A DNA stretch of 64,000 nt from contig CAYOHY010000005.1 of the NCBI GenBank assembly GCA_964403885.1, positions 5,949 through 69,948 of the forward strand, written 5' to 3'. Below, piece by piece: positions 38,184 to 50,294 of the stretch. The position numbers and the translations under genes were made by a program. Source of the stretch: an uncultured Eubacteriales bacterium. GTDB taxonomy: Bacteria; Actinomycetota; Coriobacteriia; Anaerosomatales; PHET01. Every line of letters starts with the position of its first letter. Within the stretch, counting starts at the first letter, position 1. The notes under the pieces were generated by a model. The model was not told where the DNA came from, made no database searches, and saw only the letters and a program-made list of their open reading frames with translations.

Positions 38184-38561
38184 ATGGCTACCACACGGGT
38201 CATCTCGGCACTCGACCGTCGCATCGATGAGCTCATCTATGAGGCGAGGCTGCGGGAGGTGGCAGAGCCTGTCGTCGCGCGTGCCGCGACCGCGACTCGT
38301 TCTGCACTCGCGACCGCGGATCTCGAGAGCGACTGCATATCACGACGGGCCAGGGCCTACTTCTGGGCGGTCGTCCGCAGGGGCCTCGTGCGCGAGGCAG
38401 GTTCGCCTGCAACAGCGCGCATGGTACTTGAGTCGGTGGTTGCCGACTTGAAGGCTTCCGGGCGAGACGGCGCCGAGGTATGGCGCGAGTTGCAGACCGG
38501 CTGGCGCGGCAAGGTCCCCGGCGAGGTCCTCGAGGAGTACCGCGCGCGTCTGTGCGCCTAA
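38184..38561 (+). CDS. Hypothetical helical protein
   Basis: Strong RBS aggagga. No recognised motif. Confidence 0.6.
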   Translation: MATTRVISALDRRIDELIYEARLREVAEPVVARAATATRSALATADLESDCISRRARAYFWAVVRRGLVREAGSPATARMVLESVVADLKASGRDGAEVWRELQTGWRGKVPGEVLEEYRARLCA

Positions 38562-39001
38562 CGCGTGCCTGAGTACAGGACGTCGCCTTGGGGGTCGATG
38601 ACCCACAGGCGTTCATCCACGAGCTGACCGCCCTTGGGGCCGATCAGCTCGACGACCACCAGTGCCGGCGTCCCCTCGAAGGTCACATTCTGGATGGCGA
38701 CCGGCACTCCCGGGGTGCTGTCGGGGAAGGTCTTGGTGATCAAGTCGGCGGCCGCCGCAGCATCTCCGCCTTGACTGCGCAGGTCGGACAGCGCTTGGTG
38801 CCTGAACTGTCGTGCTTCGGCCACCGGTTTGCCGGCGAACGGCGAAGGCTCGGTGGAATCGAACACGGTGGCGACCGTGGTTGCGGTGTATGCGTCACCG
38901 TTGTCGCTATACGTGATCGAGCTGTCATCACAGCCGGCGATGCCGGTTGCAAGGACAACGATACACAGGAACGCGGCGGTTGAACGTCGAATCGCGTACA
39001 C
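38558..39001 (-). CDS. Putative lipoprotein
   Basis: Hydrophobic N-terminus with lipobox-like IAGC. Confidence 0.65.
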   Translation of the reverse strand: MYAIRRSTAAFLCIVVLATGIAGCDDSSITYSDNGDAYTATTVATVFDSTEPSPFAGKPVAEARQFRHQALSDLRSQGGDAAAAADLITKTFPDSTPGVPVAIQNVTFEGTPALVVVELIGPKGGQLVDERLWVIDPQGDVLYSGTR

Positions 39002-39070
39002 AGCATCACCTCAAGGTCGGGTACTACCATACTAGTGCATCGGCCATGGCTGCGGACGGACGGGGAGAGC

Positions 39071-39874
39071 ATGCAGACGATCATCTGTTTCGTCTCAGAC
39101 TTCGGACTCGACGACACGTGGGTGGGGGTGTGTCATGCGGTCGTTCACAGGGCATGCCCGCAGGCACGTGTGGTCGACCTCGGTCACCACATCCCGCCGT
39201 TCGATATCCGGAAAGGGGCGGCGACCGCCGCGTCGGGTGTCTACCAGCTGCCGGATGCGATTCATCTGATAGTGGTCGATCCCGGCGTGGGCCCCGGACG
39301 TCGTGACCTGTGCCTGGTGACCGCTTCGGGCGCTCGGCTCGTGGGGCCCGACAACGGCGTGCTGCTTCCGGCGGCGTGGCGCGCCGGCGGCGTGGTCGAG
39401 GCGTTTGCTTTGGACTCGTCGAAGATCGACTTTCGCAGCCCACTGCCAACCTTCCATGCGCGCGATGTGCTGGCGCCAGCTGCTGCGGCCTTGGCGTGCG
39501 GTGTCGAGCCGGAGTCTCTGGGTGACCTGGTCGACGTTGAGAGCCTCGTCGAAGCGCCGTTCGGGAGATGTCACGCCGATGGCGATTGGGTCGTGGGCGA
39601 GGTCTTGGAGGCCGACAGATTCGGGTCGCTGAGGTTCAACGTCCCGTCCGAGGAAATGTCGCGCCTCGGCCTGAAGTCGCAACGTCTCGAGTTCATGATC
39701 GGTCACAACACGATCGCGGCACCGTTTGCACGTACCTACTCCGATGTGGACGAGGGAGAGGTCGTGGCGCTCGTGGACTCGTCGGGCTGGCTGACGTTGT
39801 CGGTCAACAGGGGAGACGCTCAGGACCGATTCGGTGTGGATCCAGGCGCAACGGCGAGGGTTCGAGCGGTCTAG
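39071..39874 (+). CDS. SAM hydroxide adenosyltransferase (DUF62 family)
   Basis: SDFGLDD..VGVCH, VVDPGVG..RR, VGPDNG, TFHARD, DRFG. Confidence 0.9.
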   Translation: MQTIICFVSDFGLDDTWVGVCHAVVHRACPQARVVDLGHHIPPFDIRKGAATAASGVYQLPDAIHLIVVDPGVGPGRRDLCLVTASGARLVGPDNGVLLPAAWRAGGVVEAFALDSSKIDFRSPLPTFHARDVLAPAAAALACGVEPESLGDLVDVESLVEAPFGRCHADGDWVVGEVLEADRFGSLRFNVPSEEMSRLGLKSQRLEFMIGHNTIAAPFARTYSDVDEGEVVALVDSSGWLTLSVNRGDAQDRFGVDPGATARVRAV

Positions 39875-39936
39875 GTCGAATGTCAGAGCCGGTTGCTACC
39901 TTCGGACTGCAGATTCGCGCGGAACGGAGGCAGGTA

Positions 39937-40935
39937 ATGGTGGCTCGCTACGTCAACGAACTCGCCGAGGGGACTCACGTCGACTCCTCATTCGTGCTCA
40001 AGGCCAAGGAGCTCCGTTCGGCGCGCAACGGTGAACGCTATCTGGCTGTGGAGCTGGCCGATCGGACGGGCGTGATCCCCGGAGTGGCGTTTCGCCCTTC
40101 CCGCGTCGCCTTGGATGCCCCCGCCGGCACGGTCGTCCGTGTTCGCGGTACGGTCACCACCTTTCGCGGGCTGCGCCGCATCACCATCGATGGCCTGACT
40201 CCGGCAGAGACTTGGAGCGGCGAGGACTTCATCGCTCAGGGCGCCAGGTCGCGCGACGAACTCGTGGCGGAGTTCACGGCGGTCGTCAGGAGCGTGAAGC
40301 ACAGGGAGCTTCGTTCGCTGCTGCGTTCGGTGTTCGGCGACAAAGAGGTGCTCGACCGTTTCAGCGTATGCCCCGGCGCGCAGAGCTACCATCACGCCTA
40401 CCTCGGCGGCCTGATCGAGCACACCGTCTCGGTGGCGACCTTGTGCGCGTCGTCTGCCGAGCGGTACGCGGGAGTCGATACCGACCTTCTCATCACGGCC
40501 GCGCTGCTTCACGACATCGGCAAGATCGATGAGCTGGCTTTCGACACGACAATCACCTACACCGACGAGGGCCGACTGATCGGTCACGTCGTCCTCGGCG
40601 TGCAGCGCGTGGCCCGTGCCGGCGAGCGGGTCGGTATGGGGACGGCGTTGCTTTCGCGACTTGAGCACGCGATCCTCTCACACCACGGCGAGCTCGAATG
40701 GGGTTCACCCAAGCGGCCTTCGACGATCGAGGCGCTCCTGCTCCACCACGCGGACAATCTCGACGCGAAGGCTTCGGGATTCGCCGAGATCCTTGCTGGT
40801 GCGTCGCACGCCGAAGAGTCCTGGACCGACTCGTCGAACCTCTTCCGGCGACCCCTACACGCACCGCGACCGGCAGAAGACGACCGGCCCGTAAGGCCCG
40901 ACGAAGACGCCGATCATTTCTTGAGGTCGGCCTAG
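39937..40935 (+). CDS. OB-fold + HD domain 3'-5' exoribonuclease, YhaM-like
   Basis: L.L.DRTG, PGA.SYHHAYLGGLIEHT, LLHDIGK, GRLIGH, HHGELEWGSPK.P.TIEA.LLH.ADN.DA. Confidence 0.9.
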   Translation: MVARYVNELAEGTHVDSSFVLKAKELRSARNGERYLAVELADRTGVIPGVAFRPSRVALDAPAGTVVRVRGTVTTFRGLRRITIDGLTPAETWSGEDFIAQGARSRDELVAEFTAVVRSVKHRELRSLLRSVFGDKEVLDRFSVCPGAQSYHHAYLGGLIEHTVSVATLCASSAERYAGVDTDLLITAALLHDIGKIDELAFDTTITYTDEGRLIGHVVLGVQRVARAGERVGMGTALLSRLEHAILSHHGELEWGSPKRPSTIEALLLHHADNLDAKASGFAEILAGASHAEESWTDSSNLFRRPLHAPRPAEDDRPVRPDEDADHFLRSA

Positions 40936-41024
40936 GGCACGGTCACGTGCGTCGAGGGGTATCCTCTACAATCGCAACACGTCGATTACCGTGGTACCAC
41001 GTCACTTTTCAAGGAGGATTACGG

Positions 41025-41822
41025 ATGCCCCAGCTTCCGCAGGTCGAGATAGGCGTGTTCGGCGGCAGTGGATTCTACGAGCTGCTGGACAACCCCAAGG
41101 AGTATCGCGTCAGCACGCCGTTCGGCGCACCTTCGTCTCCGGTGATGGTCGGCGAGATCGGCGGCAGGTCGGTTGCGTTCCTTCCGCGACACGGCAAGGA
41201 GCACACGCTGCCTCCGCACATGATCAACTATCGGGCGAACGTCTGGGCGATGAAGGAGATCGGTGTCTCCCGCATCATCGGTCCCAACGCATGCGGCTCG
41301 CTTCAGAAGGAGGTCGAGCCCGGCCATTTCGTGATCTGTGACCAGTTCGTCGATCGCACCTGGGGTCGCAAGGACACCTTCTACGATGGACCCGTCACCA
41401 CTCACGTGTCGTCGGCTGACCCCTACTGCCCGACCATGCGCTCGGTCGCATTCGAGACCTGCAACGACCTCGGTATCACCGCACACCCCACCGGGACCGT
41501 GGTCGTGATCCAGGGCCCGCGCTTCTCGACCCGCGCGGAGAGCGTGTGGTTCGCATCGCAGGGCTGGGAGGTCATCAATATGACCCAGTACCCCGAGTGC
41601 TACCTCGCCCGTGAGCTGGAGATCTGCTACTGCAACATCTCCCTTATCACGGACCACGACGCGGGGGCCGAGGGTGCCGAGCCGGTCACCAACGACGAGG
41701 TCGTGCGCGTCTTCAACGCGAACAACCAGAAGGTCAAGGACCTGCTGTACACGATGATTCCGCGTCTGCCCGAGGAGCGGTCGTGCGTGTGTGCGACCGC
41801 CCTTGAAGGCGCGGCGTTCTAG
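41025..41822 (+). CDS. mtnP: S-methyl-5'-thioadenosine phosphorylase
   Basis: IGVFGGSG, FLPRHG..H..PPH.INYRAN, GPRFSTRAES, INMT.YPE..LARE. Confidence 0.9.
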   Translation: MPQLPQVEIGVFGGSGFYELLDNPKEYRVSTPFGAPSSPVMVGEIGGRSVAFLPRHGKEHTLPPHMINYRANVWAMKEIGVSRIIGPNACGSLQKEVEPGHFVICDQFVDRTWGRKDTFYDGPVTTHVSSADPYCPTMRSVAFETCNDLGITAHPTGTVVVIQGPRFSTRAESVWFASQGWEVINMTQYPECYLARELEICYCNISLITDHDAGAEGAEPVTNDEVVRVFNANNQKVKDLLYTMIPRLPEERSCVCATALEGAAF

Positions 41823-41881
41823 TCCGAGTCGCGAGCGACGGGCGCCCTGATGGGCGCCCGTCGTTGCATCTGGAGGCAGCT

Positions 41882-43009
41882 GTGTTTGACTTCCCGTCGT
41901 TTCGAGTGGGCAGGCTGTTCGGGATACCCGTCGAGGTCAACGCCAGCTGGCTGGTGATCTTCGCGCTCGTCTCGTTCTCGCTGACAACCAGCTACTTCCC
42001 CGCGATAGGACAGGCGCGCGGCGCATCTCCGGCACTGCTTGTCGTTGTCGGGGTCGTCACGTCGCTGCTCTTCTTCCTCTCGGTGCTTGCACACGAGCTC
42101 TGCCACTCGCTCGTCGTGAAGGCCGAGGGTGGCCACGTCGACAGGATCACCCTGTTCATCTTTGGCGGTGTCGCTCAGATGGACGAGGAGCCGCGCTCTC
42201 CGGGCAGGGAGTTCCTGATGGCCGCGGCCGGGCCGGCGATGAGCCTGCTCATCTCGGCTGTGTGCTTCGGCGGGTTCGCGCTCGCAGTGGCCAACTCGGC
42301 GCCGTGGTGGGTGTGGGCACCGCTCGAGTACCTCGCTGCGATCAACCTGGCCGTTGGCGTCTTCAATCTCTTGCCCGGGTTCCCGCTCGACGGTGGCCGC
42401 GTTCTGCGTTCCATCCTGTGGGCCATAACCGGCGACATCCTGAAGGCGACGCGGTGGGCATCGAGGTCGGGTCAGGTCATCGGATGGGCGATGGTGGCCT
42501 CAGGCGTTCTCGGCGTGCTCAACGGGCGGACGGATCTGATCTGGTTCGGGCTCATCGGCTGGTTCATCGCCTCGTTGGCCGGGCAGGCATATCGGCAGCA
42601 GGTGCTGCACTCGCGAATCGAGGGCGTGACCGCCGAGCAGATCATGACCGCGACCCCCACCTACATCGATGGCGATGCCACTCTGGACCAGGCGGTGCAC
42701 GACCACTTCCTGTCGGGGCAGCACACACGCTATCCGGTCATGTACGAGGGGGCGATCATCGGACTGGTCACGCTTCAAGACATCAAGCGGGTCGACAAGG
42801 CCGACTGGCCCTTCGTGAGAGTCGTCGATGTCACCGACCGTAGCCTCGACGAGCTCGTCGTGGATCGGCTCGATCTCGTCGACACGCTGATAGCGAGGCT
42901 GGCAGGCGACCGACCGGGAGCGTTGCTGGTCGTGGGTGAGGGCCGACTCGTGGGCGTCATCACGCGCGCTGACGTACTCGCGCTGCTGCAGGAGCGCGCA
43001 GACGCGTGA
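41882..43009 (+). CDS. Site-2 protease (M50) with CBS pair
   Basis: HELCH, AGP, FNLLPGFPLDGGR, followed by two CBS domains. Confidence 0.92.
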   Translation: MFDFPSFRVGRLFGIPVEVNASWLVIFALVSFSLTTSYFPAIGQARGASPALLVVVGVVTSLLFFLSVLAHELCHSLVVKAEGGHVDRITLFIFGGVAQMDEEPRSPGREFLMAAAGPAMSLLISAVCFGGFALAVANSAPWWVWAPLEYLAAINLAVGVFNLLPGFPLDGGRVLRSILWAITGDILKATRWASRSGQVIGWAMVASGVLGVLNGRTDLIWFGLIGWFIASLAGQAYRQQVLHSRIEGVTAEQIMTATPTYIDGDATLDQAVHDHFLSGQHTRYPVMYEGAIIGLVTLQDIKRVDKADWPFVRVVDVTDRSLDELVVDRLDLVDTLIARLAGDRPGALLVVGEGRLVGVITRADVLALLQERADA

Positions 43010-43036
43010 TCGTCACGCAAGATCGCTTGTGCCCGT

Positions 43037-43054
43037 TTGTAACACTTGTTACGA
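43037..43054. promoter_or_regulatory. Putative Rex operator upstream of rex
   Basis: TTGTAAC-ACTT-GTTACGA, an 18-bp imperfect palindrome with Rex-box geometry (TTGTGAA-N4-TTCACAA). Confidence 0.5.
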
Positions 43055-43105
43055 TATCCGCGAATCAGGCAAGCGAATCGTCCGGCAACGATTCGGGGCA
43101 CGTCC

Positions 43106-43762
43106 ATGGTCGCAAGCAAGCCCGAGCAGCGAATCCCTCAGGGCGTCATCGAGAGGCTTCCGCACTATCTGAACGTCCTGTTGCACCTCAGGGGTGAGGG
43201 GAGCCAGACGGTCTCCTCGGCACGCCTCTCGGAGCTCGCCGAGGTAAACGCAGCACAGATCAGGCGTGATCTCGCCTACTTCGGCTCCTTTGGAAAGCGC
43301 GGTGTCGGGTACGACATTCCGCTGCTCATCGACCACATCCAGCGCATCCTCGGCTCCGATCACGCTCACCGGATCGCCATCGTCGGGGCGGGCAACCTGG
43401 GTTCGGCCATCGCCAGCTACGACGGTCTGCGCGCGCGTGGATTCGTGGTCGCCGGGCTGTTCGACACCGATCCGCGACGGGTCGGGACGCGCATCGGCGA
43501 CCTCATCGTTCGCGATGTGTGCGAGCTGCAGCGCGTGGTCGAAGAGCAGGGCATCCGCTTCGGCGTCATCGCGGTTCCGCCCGAATCCGCCCAAGACGCC
43601 GCTGATCGTCTCTGCCGCGCCGGGGTGCGTGTGTTGCTCAACTACTCGCCGTCATTTGTGAACGTTCCCGACGGAGTCATGCTGCACAACACCGACCCAG
43701 TACGGGAGTTGCTACATACGCTGTATTACCTGTCGCGCACAGAAGGCGTGGCAGGCGCATGA
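43106..43762 (+). CDS. rex: Redox-sensing transcriptional repressor
   Basis: IP...I.RLP.Y, AAQIRRDLAYFGSFGKRGVGY, IVGAGNLGSA. Confidence 0.96.
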   Translation: MVASKPEQRIPQGVIERLPHYLNVLLHLRGEGSQTVSSARLSELAEVNAAQIRRDLAYFGSFGKRGVGYDIPLLIDHIQRILGSDHAHRIAIVGAGNLGSAIASYDGLRARGFVVAGLFDTDPRRVGTRIGDLIVRDVCELQRVVEEQGIRFGVIAVPPESAQDAADRLCRAGVRVLLNYSPSFVNVPDGVMLHNTDPVRELLHTLYYLSRTEGVAGA

Positions 43763-43841
43763 CGCTGGTGGTACATTAGCCGCTGGCGTTCACTCGGCCG
43801 ACCGGCATCGGCTGTCACTGATTGAACTGGAGGACCGCAGA

Positions 43842-44057
43842 ATGTTCAGAAGCATCGGTTGGCAGGAACTCATGATCGTGCTCGTGATCGTGCTGATCCT
43901 GTTTGGACCCAAGCGTCTTCCGCAGCTTGGCAAGACGCTCGGCAAGACGATGCGTTCGATCCGAGACGGCGTCGAAGGCAAGCTCGAGACGGGCGACGAG
44001 GACGAGACCACCGAGGACGCTCCGGCTGAGAAGAAGGCCGAGGAGAAGACCAGCTAG
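43842..44057 (+). CDS. tatA: Twin-arginine translocase TatA/TatE subunit
   Basis: IGWQELMIVLVIVLILFGPKRLPQLGKTLGK. Confidence 0.92.
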   Translation: MFRSIGWQELMIVLVIVLILFGPKRLPQLGKTLGKTMRSIRDGVEGKLETGDEDETTEDAPAEKKAEEKTS

Positions 44058-44240
44058 ACGCGATGGCTTCGTAGCGGCTCTTACGCTCCAAGGGGCGTGG
44101 GTTCGTGCCCAGGTTGCCGCTTCAGGATCATCGGATATACTTTCGTGGACATTTCGGCGGGCTGCTCGCTCTTAGAGGGGCAGCCCGTGCGCATACGGCG
44201 AGCACGGGGCGGGGGTCCCGCGGCCGACAGGAGTAAAGCC

Positions 44241-44717
44241 ATGCACAAGGAGATCGCACTCACGCCCGAGGGTCAGGCAAAGCTCGAGGATGAGCTCCGG
44301 CACCTCGAGACCGTTCGTCGCCGCGAGGTGGGCGAGCGCATCAAGGAGGCCAAGGAGTTTGGCGATCTCTCGGAGAACTCCGAGTATGACGACGCCAAGA
44401 ACGAGCAGGCGTGGGTAGAGAGCCGCATCATCGAGATCAACCAGATCCTCGCACACGCGACCATCATCGACGCCCCCAAGAGCACCCCGACCAAGGTCAC
44501 GTTGGGCTGTAAGGTGGAGCTCGAGGACGTCGAGACCAGCGACATCCACGTCTACCAGGTCGTCGGCTCCGCCGAGGCGGACCCGACGCATGACCGCATC
44601 AGCAACGAGTCGCCGGTCGGCCAGGCCATCATGGGCCACAAGAAGGGCGACACCGTTCAGGTGACCACGCCTCGCGGCAGCGTCATCGAGTACGTCGTCC
44701 GTTCGATCAAGCGCTAG
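44241..44717 (+). CDS. greA: Transcription elongation factor
   Basis: LTPEG..KLEDEL..L, AKEFGDLSENSEYDDAK, ISNESPVG.AIMG. Confidence 0.96.
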   Translation: MHKEIALTPEGQAKLEDELRHLETVRRREVGERIKEAKEFGDLSENSEYDDAKNEQAWVESRIIEINQILAHATIIDAPKSTPTKVTLGCKVELEDVETSDIHVYQVVGSAEADPTHDRISNESPVGQAIMGHKKGDTVQVTTPRGSVIEYVVRSIKR

Positions 44718-44720
44718 ACG

Positions 44721-46220
44721 ATGTCTGACGAGCAGCCGAACCCGATCCCTGTCGAGGACGACCCGTTCGTCGTTCGTCGCGCCAAGTTGGATGCCCTGCG
44801 GGCACGCGGCATCGAGCCGTTCGTGAACGGTTTCGATGTCGACTCCCGCGCCGCCGACCTCAACGAGCGGTATGCGGAGCTTGAGGATGGCGCGGAGACC
44901 GCCGACGTGGTCCGGGTCGCCGGCAGGCTGGTCGCCAAGCGCGATCAGGGCAAGATGGCGTTTCTCGTGATCCGCGACGCAACGGGCGATCTGCAGCTGT
45001 TCTGCCGCATCAACGTCCTCGGTGAGGATGGATTCGAGTTCGCGAAAGACCTGGACCTGGGCGACTGGGTGGGCGCTACGGGCATCGTGCTGCGCTCACG
45101 CCGAGGAGAGCTCTCGGTCCAGCCCAGCGAGTTGACGCTGCTTTCGAAGTCGCTCACCCCGCTTCCCGAGAAGTTCCATGGCCTCACTGACACCGAGACG
45201 CGGTATCGCCGTCGCTACGTCGATCTGATCGCGAACCCTGAGGTCCGCAAGGTCTTCGAGGCGCGGTTCCGCATCATCGCGGCCATCCGTCGCTACATGG
45301 AGGCGCAGGGCTATCTCGAGGTCGAGACGCCGATGCTCCAGCCCATCCCCGGCGGAGCCACAGCTCGACCGTTCGTGACACATCACAACGCACTCGACAT
45401 GCCGCTCTATCTGCGCATCGCGCCGGAGCTCTATCTCAAGCGCCTGTTGGTGGGCGGGTTCGAGCGCGTGTACGAGATCAACCGCTCGTTCCGCAACGAG
45501 GGCATGTCGCCGCGACACAACCCCGAGTTCACCATGCTCGAGGCGTACCAGGCGTACGGCAACATGGCCACGATGATGGACCTGACCGAGGGCATCATCA
45601 CCACGGCCGCCAACGACGTGCTCGGTACGTTGGAGTTCGAGTATCAGGGCACCGCGGTCTCGCTTGAGCGCCCGTGGCGTCGTGCGACCATGGCGGAGCT
45701 CACGAGCGAGAAGGCGGGCGTCGATATCAGCGTCCACACCCCCATCGACGAGCTTCGTGCGCTGTGTGAGCGCCACGAGGTGGCTGTCGAGGCGAGCTGG
45801 GGTCCCGGCAAGTTGCTCACCGAGTTGTTCGAGAAGCTCGTCGAGCACACGCTCATCGAGCCCACCTTCGTGACGATGTATCCCGCCGAGACATCGCCTC
45901 TGGCCCGTCGCAGCGACGAGGATCGTGAGCTGACCGATCGCTTCGAGCTGATCGTCACGGGCCGCGAGTTCGCCAACGCGTTCTCGGAGCTCGTGGACCC
46001 TGTCGACCAGCGTGGGCGCTTCGAAGCACAGGCAGCCGCCAAGGATGCCGGCGACGACGAGGCCATGTGGGTCGACGAGGACTACCTGCGGGCGCAGGAG
46101 TACGGCATGCCGCCCGCCGGCGGGCTCGGCATCGGCATCGACCGTCTCGTGATGCTGCTCACGGACTCTGCGAGCATCCGCGACGTGCTGCTCTTCCCGC
46201 ACATGCGCCCGGAGGCCTAG
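44721..46220 (+). CDS. lysS: Lysyl-tRNA synthetase (class II)
   Basis: LPEKFHGL, RYR.RY.DL, LRIAPELYLKRL.VGG, FRNEG....HNPEFT, YGMPP.GGLGIGIDRL. Confidence 0.97.
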   Translation: MSDEQPNPIPVEDDPFVVRRAKLDALRARGIEPFVNGFDVDSRAADLNERYAELEDGAETADVVRVAGRLVAKRDQGKMAFLVIRDATGDLQLFCRINVLGEDGFEFAKDLDLGDWVGATGIVLRSRRGELSVQPSELTLLSKSLTPLPEKFHGLTDTETRYRRRYVDLIANPEVRKVFEARFRIIAAIRRYMEAQGYLEVETPMLQPIPGGATARPFVTHHNALDMPLYLRIAPELYLKRLLVGGFERVYEINRSFRNEGMSPRHNPEFTMLEAYQAYGNMATMMDLTEGIITTAANDVLGTLEFEYQGTAVSLERPWRRATMAELTSEKAGVDISVHTPIDELRALCERHEVAVEASWGPGKLLTELFEKLVEHTLIEPTFVTMYPAETSPLARRSDEDRELTDRFELIVTGREFANAFSELVDPVDQRGRFEAQAAAKDAGDDEAMWVDEDYLRAQEYGMPPAGGLGIGIDRLVMLLTDSASIRDVLLFPHMRPEA

Positions 46221-46383
46221 CTCCTCCGCCCTCCATACAAAATCTGAGCGTGCCACACTCATATCTGTGGCACTCGCCTTGCTCATACCACGTCACTCGC
46301 CGACTGCTGTCAGAGCGACGGGTATACTCGACGTAGGCACCAACCGGTCCTCGAGGCCGTCGACCCGCAAGGGGTGCATCCAC

Positions 46384-48942
<2,559 letters not shown>

Positions 48943-48944
48943 TA

Positions 48945-50294
48945 GTGGCGGCGAAGGCGCGCGCGGTCTGGCGGTGTCAGAACTGCGGGGCCAGTGCGCC
49001 CCGCTGGATCGGTCGCTGCAACGAGTGCGGCGAGTTTGGGACCTATGTCGAGGAGATCGAACAGGCCGCCCAGCCAGGGCGGCCTGTTCGCAGTGCTCCA
49101 ACGCCCATCTCGTTGGCGAACGCGGGTGCCGAAGAGGCGCCCAGGCGAAGCACGGGGATCACGGAACTCGACAGGGTTCTCGGTGGAGGGCTGGTCGAGG
49201 GCTCGCTCGTGCTTCTGGGCGGTGAGCCCGGTATCGGTAAGTCGACGCTCCTGCTCCAGACCGCACAGTCACTGGCGTTGTCAGGCTCGAGCATCCTGTA
49301 CGTGTGCGGAGAGGAATCTCCCCAACAGGTCGGCCTTCGCGCGCGGAGGCTTGGTGCGGACGCCCCCGGAGTATCGCTGCTCGCGGAGATAGACATCTCG
49401 GCCGTCGAGGCCGCAGTCCGAGAGCACAAGCCCCACGTGCTCGTCCTCGACTCCATTCAGACGGTGTTCGACCCTGATCTCTCAGGCGCGCCGGGAAGCG
49501 TGGGTCAGGTGCGCGCGAGCACTGCCCGACTCATGCGCATCGCAAAGGACCTGGCCGTGACGACGCTCATCGTCGGGCACGTCACCAAGGACGGGTCGCT
49601 CGCCGGTCCGCGCGTGCTCGAGCACATGGTCGATGCGGTGTTGTACTTCGAAGGCGACCGCGATCACGCTTTTCGAATAGTGCGTGCGGTCAAGAACCGT
49701 TTTGGCTCGGCCAGTGAGGTCGGCATCTTCGAGATGGGCGATGCGGGCCTTGTCGGAGTGGGGTCACCTTCTGCTTCGTTCCTGTCGGAACGAGGTGCTG
49801 AGGTCTCGGGGTCCGCTGTCATGGCGGCCATGGAGGGAAGCAGGCCTCTGCTGCTTGAGATACAGGCCCTCGTGTCGCCCAGCTACCTGCCTGCCCCGCG
49901 AAGACTGGCCACCGGCATAGAGACCGCTCGGCTGCTTCAGGTCATCGCAGTGCTTGAGCGCAGGGCGGGTCTGTCGTTCGCGGGTCAAGATGTCTTGGTG
50001 TCGGTCGCCGGTGGCCTCAAAGTCAGCGAGCCCGCGGTCGATCTTCCGCTGGCCATGGCGCTTGCATCGGCTGTGAGTGATCGTCCGGTTCCGCTCAACG
50101 TCGCGGCGTTTGGCGAGATCGGGTTGACGGGCCGGGTCCGTCCCGTCTCGCACGCGGCGACCCGCGTCAAAGAGGCCGCGCGGTTCGATCTCAACAGGGT
50201 GTTCGGTGCGGTCGGGCCGTCACTGGCGGGCCAGAAGATGGAGGGTCTTGAGCGTATCGACGCGCTGGGTGACGCGCTCAGTGCGTTGAGGTGA
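48945..50294 (+). CDS. radA: DNA repair protein RadA/Sms
   Basis: CQNCG.....WIGRC.ECG, GGEPGIGKSTLLLQ, KNRFG. Confidence 0.97.
   Translation: MAAKARAVWRCQNCGASAPRWIGRCNECGEFGTYVEEIEQAAQPGRPVRSAPTPISLANAGAEEAPRRSTGITELDRVLGGGLVEGSLVLLGGEPGIGKSTLLLQTAQSLALSGSSILYVCGEESPQQVGLRARRLGADAPGVSLLAEIDISAVEAAVREHKPHVLVLDSIQTVFDPDLSGAPGSVGQVRASTARLMRIAKDLAVTTLIVGHVTKDGSLAGPRVLEHMVDAVLYFEGDRDHAFRIVRAVKNRFGSASEVGIFEMGDAGLVGVGSPSASFLSERGAEVSGSAVMAAMEGSRPLLLEIQALVSPSYLPAPRRLATGIETARLLQVIAVLERRAGLSFAGQDVLVSVAGGLKVSEPAVDLPLAMALASAVSDRPVPLNVAAFGEIGLTGRVRPVSHAATRVKEAARFDLNRVFGAVGPSLAGQKMEGLERIDALGDALSALR

Noticed and set aside
39071-39874. Fluorinase/chlorinase next to a nucleoside phosphorylase
   Set aside because: It carries the Asp-Arg-His signature of DUF62 hydrolases (VVDPGVG..R, TFHARD) rather than the halogenase-type TFYSRE.
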